Assembly (NCBI GenBank): GCA_964016885.1
Contig: OZ024742.1
Location: 186,001 to 250,000, forward strand
Direction of reading: 5' to 3'
Origin: Eledone cirrhosa
Taxonomy: Eukaryota
Length of the DNA: 64,000 nt
Shown: piece after piece, positions 1 through 11,989 of the stretch
Layout: each line of letters starts with the position of its first letter
Position numbering within the stretch: position 1 is the first letter of the stretch
The notes under the pieces: model-generated
Told to the model about the DNA's origin: nothing
What the model saw: the letters and a program-made list of their open reading frames with translations, nothing else
The model's database searches: none
Position numbers and translations under genes: made by a program

Positions 1-3000
1 CCAAGAAGGTGGTCAGTCAGCTGTGGTCTGGTAGCCACCAAGAAGGTGGTCAGTCAGCTGTGGTCTGGTAGCCACCGACATGGTGGTCAGTCTGCTGTGG
101 TCTGGTAGACACCGACATGGTGGTCAGTCAGCTGTGGTCTGGTAGACACCGACATGGTGGTCAGTCAGCTGTGGTCTGGTAGCCACCAAGAAGGTGGTCA
201 GTCTACTGTGGTCTGGTAGCCACCGACATGGTGGTCAGTCAGCTGTGGTCTGGTAGCCACCGACATGGTGGTCAGTCAGCTGTGGTCTGGTAGCCACCAA
301 GAAGGTGGTCAGTCAGCTGTGGTCTGGTAGCCACCAACATGGTGGTCAGTCAGCTGTGGTCTGGTAGCCACCAAGAAGGTGGTCAGTCAGCTGTGGTCTG
401 GTAGCCACCAAGAAGGTGGTCAGTCAGCTGTGGTCTGGTAGCCACCAACATGGTGGTCAATCAGCTGTAGTCTGGTAGCCACCGACATGGTGGTCAGTCA
501 GCTGTGGTCTGGTAGCCACCGACATGGTGGTCAGTCAGCTGTGGTCTGGTAGCCACCAAGAAGGTGGTCAGTCAGCTGTGGTCTGGTAGCCACCAACATG
601 GTGGTCAGTCAGCTGTGGTCTGGTAGCCACCGACATGGTGGTCAGTCAGCTGTGGTCTGGTAGCCACCAAGAAGGTGGTCAGTCAGCTGTGGTCTGGTAG
701 CCACCAACATGGTGGTCAGTCAGCTGTGGTCTGGTAGCCACCGACATGGTGGTCAGTCAGCTGTGGTCTGGTAGCCACCGACATGGTGGTCAGTCAGCTG
801 TGGTCTGGTAGCCACCGACATGGTGGTCAGTCAGCTGTGGTCTGGTAACCACCGACATGGTGGTCAGTCAGCTGTGGTCTGGTAGCCACCGACATGGTGG
901 TCAGTCAGCTGTGGTCTGGTAGCCACCAAGATGGTGGTCAGTCAGCTGTGGTCTGGTAGCCACCAAGAAGGTGGTCAGTCAGCTGTGGTCTGGTAGCCAC
1001 CGACATGGTGGTCAGTCAGCTGTGGTCTGGTAGCCACCAAGAAGGTGGTCAGTCAGCTGTGGTCTGGTAGCCACCAACATGGTGGTCAGTCAGCTGTGGT
1101 CTGGTAGTCACCGACATGGTGGTCAGTCTGCTGTGGTCTGGTAGCCACCGACATGGTGGTCAGTCAGCTGTGGTCTGGTAGCCACCGACATGGTGGTCAG
1201 TCTGCTGTGGTCTGGTAGCCACCGACATGGTGGTCAGTCAGCTGTGGTCTGGTAGCCACCAACATGGTGGTCAGTCAGCTGTGGTCTGGTAGCCACCGAC
1301 ATGGTGGTCAGTCAGCTGTGGTCTGGTAGCCACCAAGAAAGTGGTCAGTCAGCTGTGGTCTGGTAGCCACCAAGAAGGTGGTCAGTCAGCTGTGGTCTGG
1401 TAGCCACCGACATGGTGGTCAGTCTGCTGTGGTCTGGTAGCCACCGACATGGTGGTCAGTCAGCTGTGGTCTGGTAGCCACCGACATGGTGGTCAGTCAG
1501 CTGTGGTCTGGTAGCCACCGACATGGTGGTCAGTCAGCTGTGGTCTGGTAGCCACCGACATGGTGGTCAGTCAGCTGTGGTCTGGTAGCCACCGACATGG
1601 TGGTCAGTCAGCTGTGGTCTGGTAGCCACCGACATGGTGGTCAGTCTGCTGTGGTCTGGTAGCCACCGACATGGTGGTCAGTCAGCTGTGGTCTGGTAGC
1701 CACCAAGATGGTGGTCAGTCAGCTGTGGTCTGGTAGCCACCAAGAAGGTGGTCAGTCAGCTGTGGTCTGGTAGCCACCAACATGGTGGTCAGTCAGCTGT
1801 GGTCTGGTAGCCACCTAGAAGGTGGTCAGTCAGCTGTGGTCTGGTAGCCACCAAGAAGGTGGTCAGTCAGCTGTGGTCTGGTAGCCACCAAGAAGGTGGT
1901 CAGTCAGCTGTGGTCTGGTAGCCACCGACATGGTGGTCAGTCTGCTGTGGTCTGGTAGACACCGACATGGTGGTCAGTCAGCTGTGGTCTGGTAGCCACC
2001 AAGAAGCTGGTCAGTCTGCTGTGGTCTGGTAGCCACCGACATGGTGGTCAGTCAGCTGTGGTCTGGTAGCCACCGACATGGTGGTCAGTCAGCTGTGGTC
2101 TGGTAGCCACCAAGAAGGTGGTCAGTCAGCTGTGGTCTGGTAGCCACCGACATGGTGGTCAGTCAGCTGTGGTCTGGTAGCCACCAAGAAGGTGGTCAGT
2201 CAGCTGTGGTCTGGTAGCCACCGACATGGTGGTCAGTCAGCTGTTTATCTGGTAGCCACCGACATGGTGGTCAGTCAGCTGTGGTCTGGTAGACACCGAC
2301 ATGGTGGTCAGTCAGCTGTGGTCTGGTAGCCACCGACATAGTGGTCAGTCAGCTGTGGTCTGGTAGCCACCAAGAAGGTGGTCAGTCTGCTGTGGTCTGG
2401 TAGCCACCAAGAAGGTGGTCAGTCAGCTGTGGTCTGGTAGCCACCGACATGGTGGTCAGTCAGCTGTGGTCTGGTAGCCACCGACATGGTGGTCAGTCAG
2501 CTGTGGTCTGGTAGACACCGACATGGTGGTCAGTCAGCTGTGGTCTGGTAGCCACCAAGAAGGTGGTCAGTCTGCTGTGGTCTGGTAGCCACCGACATGG
2601 TGGTCAGTCAGCTGTGGTCTGGTAGCCACCGACATGGTGGTCAGTCAGCTGTGGTCTGGTAGCCACCAAGAGGGTGGTCAGTCAGCTGTGGTCTGGTAGC
2701 CACCGACATGGTGGTCAGTCAGCTGTGGTCTGGTAGCCACCAAGAAGGTGGTCAGTCAGCTGTGGTCTGGTAGCCACCAACATGGTGGTCAGTCAGCTGT
2801 GGTCTGGTAGCCACCGACATGGTGGTCAGTCAGCTGTGGTCTGGTAGCCACCAAGAAGGTGGTCAGTCAGCTGTGGTCTGGTAGCCACCAAGAAGGTGGT
2901 CAGTCAGCTGTGGTCTGGTAGCCACCGACATGGTGGTCAGTCAGCTGTGGTCTGGTAGCCACCGACATGGTGGTCAGTCAGCTGTGGTCTGGTAGCCACC

Positions 3001-6000
3001 GACATGGTGGTCAGTCAGCTGTGGTCTGGTAGCCACCGACATGGTGGTCAGTCAGCTGTGGTCTGGTAGCCACCGACATGGTGGTCAGTCAGCTGTGGTC
3101 TGGTAGCCACCGACATGGTGGTCAGTCAGCTGTGGTCTGGTAGCCACCGACATGGTGGTCAGTCAGCTGTGGTCTGGTAGCCACCGACATGGTGGTCAGT
3201 CTGCTGTGGTCTGGTAGCCACCGACATTGTGGTCAGTCAGCTGTGGTCTGGTAGCCACCGACATGGTGGTCAGTCTGCTGTGGTCTGGTAGCCACCGACA
3301 TGGTGGTCAGGCTGCTGTGGTCTGGTAGCCACCGACATGGTGGTCAGTCAGCTGTGGTCTGGTAGCCACCGACATGGTGGTCAGTCAGCTGTGGTCTGGT
3401 AGCCACCGACATGGTGGTCAGTCAGCTGTGGTCTGGTAGCCACCGACATGGTGGTCAGTCAGCTGTGGTCTGGTAGCCACCGACATGGTGGTCAGTCTGC
3501 TGTGGTCTGGTAGCCACCGACATGGTGGTCAGTCAGCTGTGGTCTGGTAGCCACCGACATGGTGGTCAGTCAGCTGTGGTCTGGTAGCCACCGACATGGT
3601 GGTCAGTCAGCTGTGGTCTGGTAGCCACCGACATGGTGGTCAGTCAGCTGTGGTCTGGTAGCCACCGACATGGTGGTCAGTCAGCTGTGGTCTGGTAGCC
3701 ACCGACATGGTGGTCAGTCTGCTGTGGTCTGGTAGCCACCGACATGGTGGTCAGTCAGCTGTGGTCTGGTAGCCACCGACATGGTGGTCAGTCTGCTGTG
3801 GTCTGGTAGCCACCGACATGGTGGTCAGTCAGCTGTGGTCTGGTAGCCACCGACATGGTGGTCAGTCCGCTGTGGTCTGGTAGCCACCAAGAAGGTGGTC
3901 AGTCAGCTGTGGTCTGGTAGCCACCGACATGGTGGTCAGTCAGCTGTGGTCTGGTAGCCACCGACATGGTGGTCAGTCAGCTGTGGTCTGGTAGCCACCG
4001 ACATGGTGGTCAGTCAGCTGTGGTCTGGTAGCCACCGACATGGTGGTCAGTCAGCTGTGGTCTGGTAGCCACCGACATGGTGGTCAGTCAGCTGTGGTCT
4101 GATAGCCACCAAGAAGGTGGTCAGTCAGCTGTGGTCTGGTAGCCACCAACATGGTGGTCAGTCAGCTGTGGTCTGGTAGCCACCGACATGGTGGTCAGTC
4201 AGCTGTGGTCTGGTAGCCACCAAGAAGGTGGTCAATCAGCTGTGGTCTGGTAGCCACCGACATGGTGGTCAGTCAGCTGTGGTCTGGTAGCCACCGACAT
4301 GGTGGTCAGTCAGCTGTGGTCTGGTAGCCACCGACATGGTGGTCAGTCAGCTGTGGTCTGGTAGCCACCGACATGGTGGTCAGTCAGCTGTGGTCTGGTA
4401 GCCACCGACATGGTGGTCAGTCAGCTGTGGTCTGGTAGCCACCAAGAAGGTGGTCAGTCAGCTGTGGTCTGGTAGCCACCGACATGGTGGTCAGTCAGCT
4501 GTGGTCTGGTAGCCACCGACATGGTGGTCAGTCAGCTGTGGTCTGGTAGCCACCGACATGGTGGTCAGTCAGCTGTGGTCTGGTAGCCACCGACATGGTG
4601 GTCAGTCAGCTGTGGTCTGGTAGCCACCGACATGGTGGTCAGTCAGCTGTGGTCTGGTAGCCACCAAGAAGGTGGTCAGTCAGCTGTGGTCTGGTAGCCA
4701 CCAACATGGTGGTCAGTCAGCTGTGGTCTGGTAGCCACCGACATGGTGGTCAGTCAGCTGTGGTCTGGTAGCCACCGACATGGTGGTCAGTCAGCTGTGG
4801 TCTGGTAGCCACCAAGAAGGTGGTCAGTCAGCTGTGGTCTGGTAGCCACCGACATGGTGGTCAGTCAGCTGTGGTCTGGTAGCCACCGACATGGTGGTCA
4901 GTCAGCTGTGGTCTGGTAGCCACCGACATGGTGGTCAGTCAGCTGTGGTCTGGTAGCCACCGACATGGTGGTCAGTCAGCTGTGGTCTGGTAGCCACCAA
5001 GAAGGTGGTCATTCAGCTGTGGTCTGGTAGCCACCGACATGGTGGTCAGTCAGCTGTGGTCTGGTAGCCACCGACATGGTGGTCAGTCAGCTGTGGTCTG
5101 GTAGCCACCAAGAAGGTGGTCAGTCAGCTGTGGTCTGGTAGCCACCGACATGGTGGTCAGTCAGCTGTGGTCTGGTAGCCACCAACATGGTGGTCAGTCA
5201 GCTGTGGTCTGGTAGCCACCAACATGGAGGTCAGTCAGCTGTGGTCTGGTAGCCACCAACATGGTGGTCAGTCAGCTGTGGTCTGGTAGCCACCAAGAAG
5301 GTGGTCAGTCAGCTGTGGTCTGGTAGCCACCGACATGGTGGTCAGTCAGCTGTGGTCTGGTAGCCACCAACATGGTGGTCAGTCAGCTGTGGTCTGGTAG
5401 CTACCAACATGGTGGTCAGTCAGCTGTGGTCTGGTAGCCACCAACATGGTGGTCAGTCAGCTGTGGTCTGGTAGCCACCAAGAAGGTGGTCAGTCAGCTG
5501 TGGTCTGGTAGCCACCGACATGGTGGTCAGTCAGCTGTGGTCTGGTAGCCACCAACATGGTGGTCAGTCAGCTGTGGTCTGGTAGCCACCAACATGGTGG
5601 TCAGTCAGCTGTGGTCTGGTAGCCACCAACATGGTGGTCAGTCAGCTGTGGTCTGGTAGCCACCAAGAAGGTGGTCAGTCAGCTGTGGTCTGGTAGCCAC
5701 CAAGAAGGTGGTCAGTCAGCTGTGGTCTGGTAGCCACCAACATGGTGGTCAGTCAGCTGTGGTCTGGTAGCCACCAAGAAGGTGGTCAGTCAGCTGTGGT
5801 CTGGTAGCCACCAACATGGTGGTCAGTCAGCTGTGGTCTGGTAGCCACCAACATGGTGGTCAGTCTGCTGTGGTCTGGTAGCCACCAAGAAGGTGGTCAG
5901 TCAGCTGTGGTCTGGTAGCCACCAACATGGTGGTCAGTCAGCTGTGGTCTGGTAGCCACCAAGAAGGTGGTCAGTCAGCTGTGGTCTGGTAGCCACCAAC

Positions 6001-8043
6001 ATGGTGGTCATTCAGCTGTGGTCTGGTAGCCACCGACATGGTGGTCAGTCAGCTGTGGTCTGGTAGCCACCAAGAAGGTGGTCAGTCAGCTGTGGTCTGG
6101 TAGCCACCAAGAAGGTGGTCAGTCAGCTGTGGTCTGGTAGCCACCAAGAAGGTGGTCAGTCAGCTGTGGTCTGGTAGCCACCAACATGGTGGTCAGTCAG
6201 CTGTGGTCTGGTAGCCACCAACATGGTGGTCAGTCTGCTGTGGTCTGTTAGCCACCAAGAAGGTGGTCAGTCAGCTGTGGTCTGGTAGCCACCAACATGG
6301 TGGTCAGTCAGCTGTGGTCTGGTAGCCACCAAGAAGGTGGTCAGTCAGCTGTGGTCTGGTAGCCACCAACATGGTGGTCATTCAGCTGTGGTCTGGTAGC
6401 CACCGACATGGTGGTCAGTCAGCTGTGGTCTGGTAGCCACCAAGAAGGTGGTCAGTCAGCTGTGGTCTGGTAGCCACCAAGAAGGTGGTCAGTCAGCTGT
6501 GGTCTGGTAGCCACCAACATGGTGGTCAGTCAGCTGTGGTCTGGTAGCCACCAAGAAGGTGGTCAGTCAGCTGTGGTCTGGTAGCCACCAACATGGTGGT
6601 CAGTCTGCTGTGGTCTGGTAGCCACCAAGAAGGTGGTCAGTCTGCTGTGGTCTGGTAGCCACCAACATGGTGGTCAGTCTGCTGTGGTCTGGTAGCCACC
6701 GACATGGTGGTCAGTCAGCTGTGGTCTGGTAGCCACCAAGAAGGTGGTCAGTCAGCTGTGGTCTGGTAGCCACCAACATGGTGGTCATTCAGCTGTGGTC
6801 TGGTAGCCACCAACATGGTGGTCAGTCTGCTGTGGTCTGGTAGCCACCAACATGGTGGTCAGTCAGCTGTGGTCTGGTAGCCACCAAGAAGGTGGTCAGT
6901 CAGCTGTGGTCTGGTAGCCACCAACATGGTGGTCATTCAGCTGTGGTCTGGTAGCCACCGACATGGTGGTCAGTCAGCTGTGGTCTGGTAGCCACCAAGA
7001 AGGTGGTCAGTCAGCTGTGGTCTGGTAGCCACCAACATGGTGGTCAGTCTGCTGTGGTCTGGTAGCCACCAACATGGTGGTCAGTCTGCTGTGGTCTGGT
7101 AGCCACCAAGAAGGTGGTCAGTCTGCTGTGGTCTGGTAGCCACCAACATGGTGGTCAGTCTGCTGTGGTCTGGTAGCCACCAAGAAGGTGGTCAGTCTGC
7201 TGTGGTCTGGTAGCCACCGACATGGTGGTCAGTCAGCTGTGGTCTGGTAGCCACCGACATGGTGGTCAGTCAGCTGTGGTCTGGTAGCCACCGACATGGT
7301 GGTCAGTCAGCTGTGGTCTGGTAGCCACCAACATGGTGGTCAGTCAGCTGTGGTCTGGTAGCCACCGACATGGTGGTCAGTCAGCTGTGGTCTGGTAGCC
7401 ACCGACATGGTGGTCAGTCAGCTGTGGTCTGGTAGCCACCGACATGGTGGTCAGTCAGCTGTGGTCTGGTAGCCACCGACATGGTGGTCAGTCAGCTGTG
7501 GTCTGGTAGCCACCGACATGGTGGTCAGTCAGCTGTGGTCTGGTAGCCACCGACATGGTGGTCAGTCAGCTGTGGTCTGGTAGCCACCAAGAAGGTGGTC
7601 AGTCAGCTGTGGTCTGGTAGCCACCAACAAGGTGGTCAGTCAGCTGTGGTCTGGTAGCCACCGACATGGTGGTCAGTCAGCTGTGGTCTGGTAGCCACCG
7701 ACATGGTGGTCAGTCAGCTGTGGTCTGGTAGCCACCGACATGGTGGTCAGTCAGCTGTGGTCTGGTAGCCACCAAGAAGGTGGTCAGTCAGCTGTGGTCT
7801 GGTAGCCACCAACAAGGTGGTCAGTCAGCTGTGGTCTGGTAGCCACCGACATGGTGGTCAGTCAGCTGTGGTCTGGTAGCCACCAACATGGTGGTCAGTC
7901 AGCTGTGGTCTGGTAGCCACCAAGAAGGTGGTCAGTCAGCTGTGGTCTGGTAGCCACCAACAAGGTGGTCAGTCAGCTGTGGTCTGGTAGCCACCGACAT
8001 GGTGGTCAGTCAGCTGTGGTCTGGTAGCCACCAACATGGTGGT
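1..8043. repeat. 37-bp minisatellite, about 217 copies (CCACC-N5-GGTGGTCAGTCAGCTGTGGTCTGGTAG); continues beyond the left edge
   Basis: Period read directly: ccaagaagg at 1 and 38. Variation is mostly in the 5-nt segment GACAT/AACAT/AAGAA. Confidence 0.98.
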
Positions 8044-8069
8044 AAGTCTAGTGTGATACTAGTGTACAG

Positions 8070-8690
8070 TTAGTTTCCGCGGGTTTTGTTAATGATGAAA
8101 CCCACTCCATATTCATGCTTGGTGTCATCACTGCTGTACCACAGTTTGTGACCTTCATTTGTAGTTGTCTCACTAAATCCAGTCCACCTGACTTCAGCCA
8201 ACCCTAACGTAGCCCACGTGACTTCAGCCAACCCTATCATACCCCACGTGACTTCAGCCAACCCTAACTTACCCCCACGTGACTTCAGCCAACCCTAACA
8301 TCCCCCATGTGTATCTGGCAAGTTCGAGTGTCGATGTTCCATGTGCTAAAGTATTTAGAAGACTTGATGGTTCTCGCTGTGGGTGTCATTGTCCCAGTTG
8401 TACATTGGTCACCTCCAGGAAATAGTAGTAGAAAGCGGTCATTGGTTTTCTGGGCCTCGAGTGATCCGACATTTTATTGGAGCTTTTGTCTATCATAGCA
8501 TTTTGGTGTACCTTAAGAATACCTCGCAGCGCCCCTCTCTAAGCTTCAAGTCCCTCGCTAAGCTTAGCCTGCCAGCAGAAACAGATTCCTGGGTGTGGTT
8601 GAAAAAGTTTTCAGATGCAATAGTGAGAATCAGGTGAGAACCACTGTACCTATCCACCCCTAAGGAGGACGCTGCCTGACATCAAGGTAT
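8070..8690 (-). mobile_element. Decayed 5' fragment of an RTE-clade LINE (APE endonuclease N-terminus and probable 5' UTR)
   Basis: Minus-strand peptide LGLAEVRWTG...GHKLWYS...KHEYGVGFIINK, preceded by an STWNI motif near 8340; these match APE motifs of RTE ORFs. The right boundary is approximate. Confidence 0.8.
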
Positions 8691-9055
8691 TCTCACTACC
8701 TGAACACATCTATTCAGTTATACACTTAAGTTTACTTATTCTGCGTTTGTGTCTGATTGGAGTTATTTCCCTTGCATCAGAGATCGATTAAGAATGTATT
8801 GCTACATATCAATTTGAAAGAATGTCCTGAGCAGCTAAGATCTTATGAAATTAATTGAAAAAAGGTGGGTAGAGACAACAGAAAACAGTCCCTTCTCATC
8901 AGTCGACTTCTGGAGGTCCTTGTGGTTCCGGTGTAATACACACAAACACATTCCAGCAAGTGCTGGTTGCTGATTAGAGTTACTTCCCTTCCATAACAAA
9001 ATAAATAAATCAGCATCTCACACCAGCAAATGAATGTAACAGAGTTATTTCCCCT

Positions 9056-9270
9056 GCGCAGGTGTGAGCCTCACGAGCTGAAATGGCTTTTCCAGCGCGT
9101 CTCCCTTGCCGTCATCCGGGGAAACGCCTTCTCCATTCTGTCCGCCGAGGCTGTGGGGAGGCCACCAATATGATTGACTGACTTGTCATTTTATCTGTCA
9201 GATGTTCTCTATCTGCAGTTTCCACTTAGTGTGAATGCTACCACAAATTAAGTACACCTATATAATTACA
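9056..9270 (+). mobile_element. 3' terminal fragment of a CRE-like non-LTR retrotransposon (restriction-like endonuclease type)
   Basis: My translation of 9057-9173 is RRCEPHELKWLFQRVSLAVIRGNAFSILSAEAVGRPPI*, matching the typical C-terminal FQRxSxAxxRGNA motif of CRE-clade ORFs. Confidence 0.75.
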
Positions 9271-10119
9271 CCCCCCCCCCCCCCCCCTACTGATAATTTG
9301 GTTATTATTTAATAGATTTGATATTAAAGTTAATTTCAAACGAAAAACTATTTATATTACTTTTTCTTTTAATAGCCACACTACAGTCGCAGTTATTGTT
9401 GCGATGTCAGGTCTTCTGACTGCTACTGACACCATGAAACCCAGTACAACCTGCTTCATGGTTGAGTGGTCAGCAACTAAACCGACTCTTGGTCTGGTCA
9501 AGTCAGGCTTCTGCCTGTTACAAGTACTATGAAACCCAGTGCAACCTGCTTCATAAATTTATATATATAATTTTAAAGAAATGGAGACAAAGTGACGTCT
9601 GGACAAGTATCCTCCACTTCCAACTAACTTACCCTTCATGGTCGAGTGGTCAGAAACTAAACCGACTCCCACACCAGACCCTGGTCAGGTGAAGAGTGTA
9701 AGTGGATCCCCAGCAGCACAAAAAACAAGAGCTGTTAAATGGTGGATGAACTCCTCAAAGACAACGGCTATCCACCCCAACTAGGGGTTATATAGCCTCA
9801 CCAACCCACAATTGACCAAACATGGTGAGTACAGCTACACCCCTGAAGACATGACCAAAGTCAAACAGAAAGCAGCAGAGATCAACCAGAGAGGGGTTCC
9901 TTCAAAAGGAGTGAGAAGGCCCTGGATTTCACAAGACTGTCTATGAAGATACTTAAGTGATGTCAAGTGTTAAAGTAAATTTATTATATATATTTATGTG
10001 GATGGATTTCTATGTATCAGATGCAGTTTAAGCAAAATCTTTTCCATTTCCTTTTATCATAATTTTATGTTCAAATATGTACAAGACTAATAAATATTTG
10101 AAATTTCTTCATAATTCTT

Positions 10120-10430
10120 TGTCATGAATCTTGGGTAATGACCAAAAGAATATGATCACGAATGCAAGCAGCTGAAATGGGATTCCTCCACAGGGTTTTA
10201 GTAGTAACGTTACTCAATAGAGTGCCTAGCCCAGAGATCAGAATGTCACTCCAGATAGAGCTGCTACTTCTCCAAGTTGAGGGATCACAGCTTCAATACT
10301 ATGGGCATGTGGTTAGAATGTCTTAGGAAAGAATCACTGGATAGAATCAACTGACAGGTAACCCAGGTGAAGATTCAGAGCAGGATCGTTGGATAACACC
10401 CAAGAGCTTGGCTGGTCTTGCTTGGGGTGA
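10120..10430 (+). mobile_element. Decayed RTE (Expander/Rex3-like) LINE, C-terminal fragment
   Basis: Translates with stops as HESWVMTKRI*SRMQAAEMGFLHRV...SQLQYYGHVVRM, the post-RT region of RTE ORFs. Confidence 0.75.
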
Positions 10431-10806
10431 TCTTCGTGGGTGAATCTCAACATTTACTCGGCCCTGTTTGAAAGCTTTGTGCCACTTAAAAAACCTCACC
10501 TTGATAGAGTGGCACTTCCATATGTTTGTGTTAAAGAATTAAATGTTTCGCTGGCAGGTTTATTGAGTTTCGCACAAAATTTGATCACAAATCTTTGCTA
10601 CATTTGTGATGTAGAAGAATTTCAAACAAAGGTTATAAATATATGTCTACATAAACAGCACTAGCCCACCATTTGACTCAGTCATGTTGAAATAAGTACT
10701 TGCAGCCAATGTTATAACCAATATGCCTATATACATCAACGATGTACTATCTTACTATGTTGTACATAGGAAAATCAGTACTCTTACTTTTGGGACAAAC
10801 CTGTGT

Positions 10807-10848
<42 letters not shown>

Positions 10849-10854
10849 ACACAC

Positions 10855-11355
10855 TACCCGAATTACCTGTGCCTTGCTGCGTTTCACACATTTTTTTTTG
10901 TAAGAAAATGATGATTGATTTTAAATCAGTGATATAATTTATGGAGAAAAACTCTGCATTTCAATATTACTCAATGTAAAATGTAATGCATGAAAAATTG
11001 GAAAACATTTTTTTATAATATATCAAATAAAAATTACATTATTAAAACTTATTCTTATTCTTATTTTGTTTCTTGTAAATAATTTTTTTAAAAATATCAA
11101 TTCAAAACTTTTGTCAATAGGCATCATATCTTGTCATTTACCTATGGTTTAAATTTGCTATAAATTGAAGGGAAAGAATTTTCAGCGGGGGGTTGTGCCT
11201 CTGGGGAACCCTTTGATTAAAATAAAATATACTTATCCAAGTACCCTGGGCAATGTAGTTTCAGAATATATATGGTTATGGGGTTCTATCTCCAAAACCA
11301 TAGGAGGAGTTCGTGAACAAACAAACAGGTATACAACTTATATATATTGTATTAG
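10855..11355 (-). mobile_element. Possible degenerate non-autonomous Helitron
   Basis: The left end (actacccgaattacctgtgccttgc) loosely resembles a reversed CTAG/hairpin terminus; the right end (ggaggagttcgtgaacaaacaaacag...tatatata) resembles a reversed Helitron 5' end. Both termini are degraded. Confidence 0.3.
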
Positions 11356-11989
11356 TGTGTAACATTCAGTTATTGAGGGTCACCAATTAATCACACATTA
11401 CTTGTGGAGCCTGTTACCAATGTGGGATTCTATGTTTGCGTCTTCACCCTTTTCAGAGGCCATAACAAGAGTGTTAATAATAATAATTATTATATTACTA
11501 TTATAGTAAGTGGGAACAAAATATCAATATAACATCAATATCAGTTTTAATTACACGTGACATGTGTTTCACAATTGATCAGCTCAAGGTACAATAAGTA
11601 GTGATTGGGGTACCTCTCTGGAATTAATAGGTCATCACTGTTGGTCCCTCTCTAGTCACATTAAGAGGGAACATGGGGTCTTTACTGGTCTCTCCTTGGG
11701 TACTTGCCTCTGAAATTCCACCCAAAAGCCACACAGTTCTGTAAAACTAATCACAGCTACAATGGCACCCAATTAAAAACAAAACCATCAATGATAAAGA
11801 AAATACACCCAAGTACCATATAGTAGAGGTCATTAATAACTTGGTTATTAGACTGGTCATTCTCTGGCCACAAGTTATAGTGACCACCCAAGTACCAAGT
11901 TAATATCCTGGACATTAATTCTCTGGCTACAAGCTGTAATAGCTATTTTCTTTTACCACACAACATTGATACTTAACTCGGTCACGGCC

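Noticed and set aside
1-8043. CRISPR-like array (37-bp repeat with dyad symmetry)
   Set aside because: Units are contiguous, with only a 5-nt three-state variable segment; no unique spacers, no cas genes, eukaryotic context.
9425-9960. Possible exon or RNA gene with short local duplications (ATGAAACCCAGTRCAACCTGCTTCAT; GAGTGGTCAG.AACTAAACCGACTC)
   Set aside because: No convincing ORF, splice pair or fold; probably an old retroelement UTR, but I cannot assign it.
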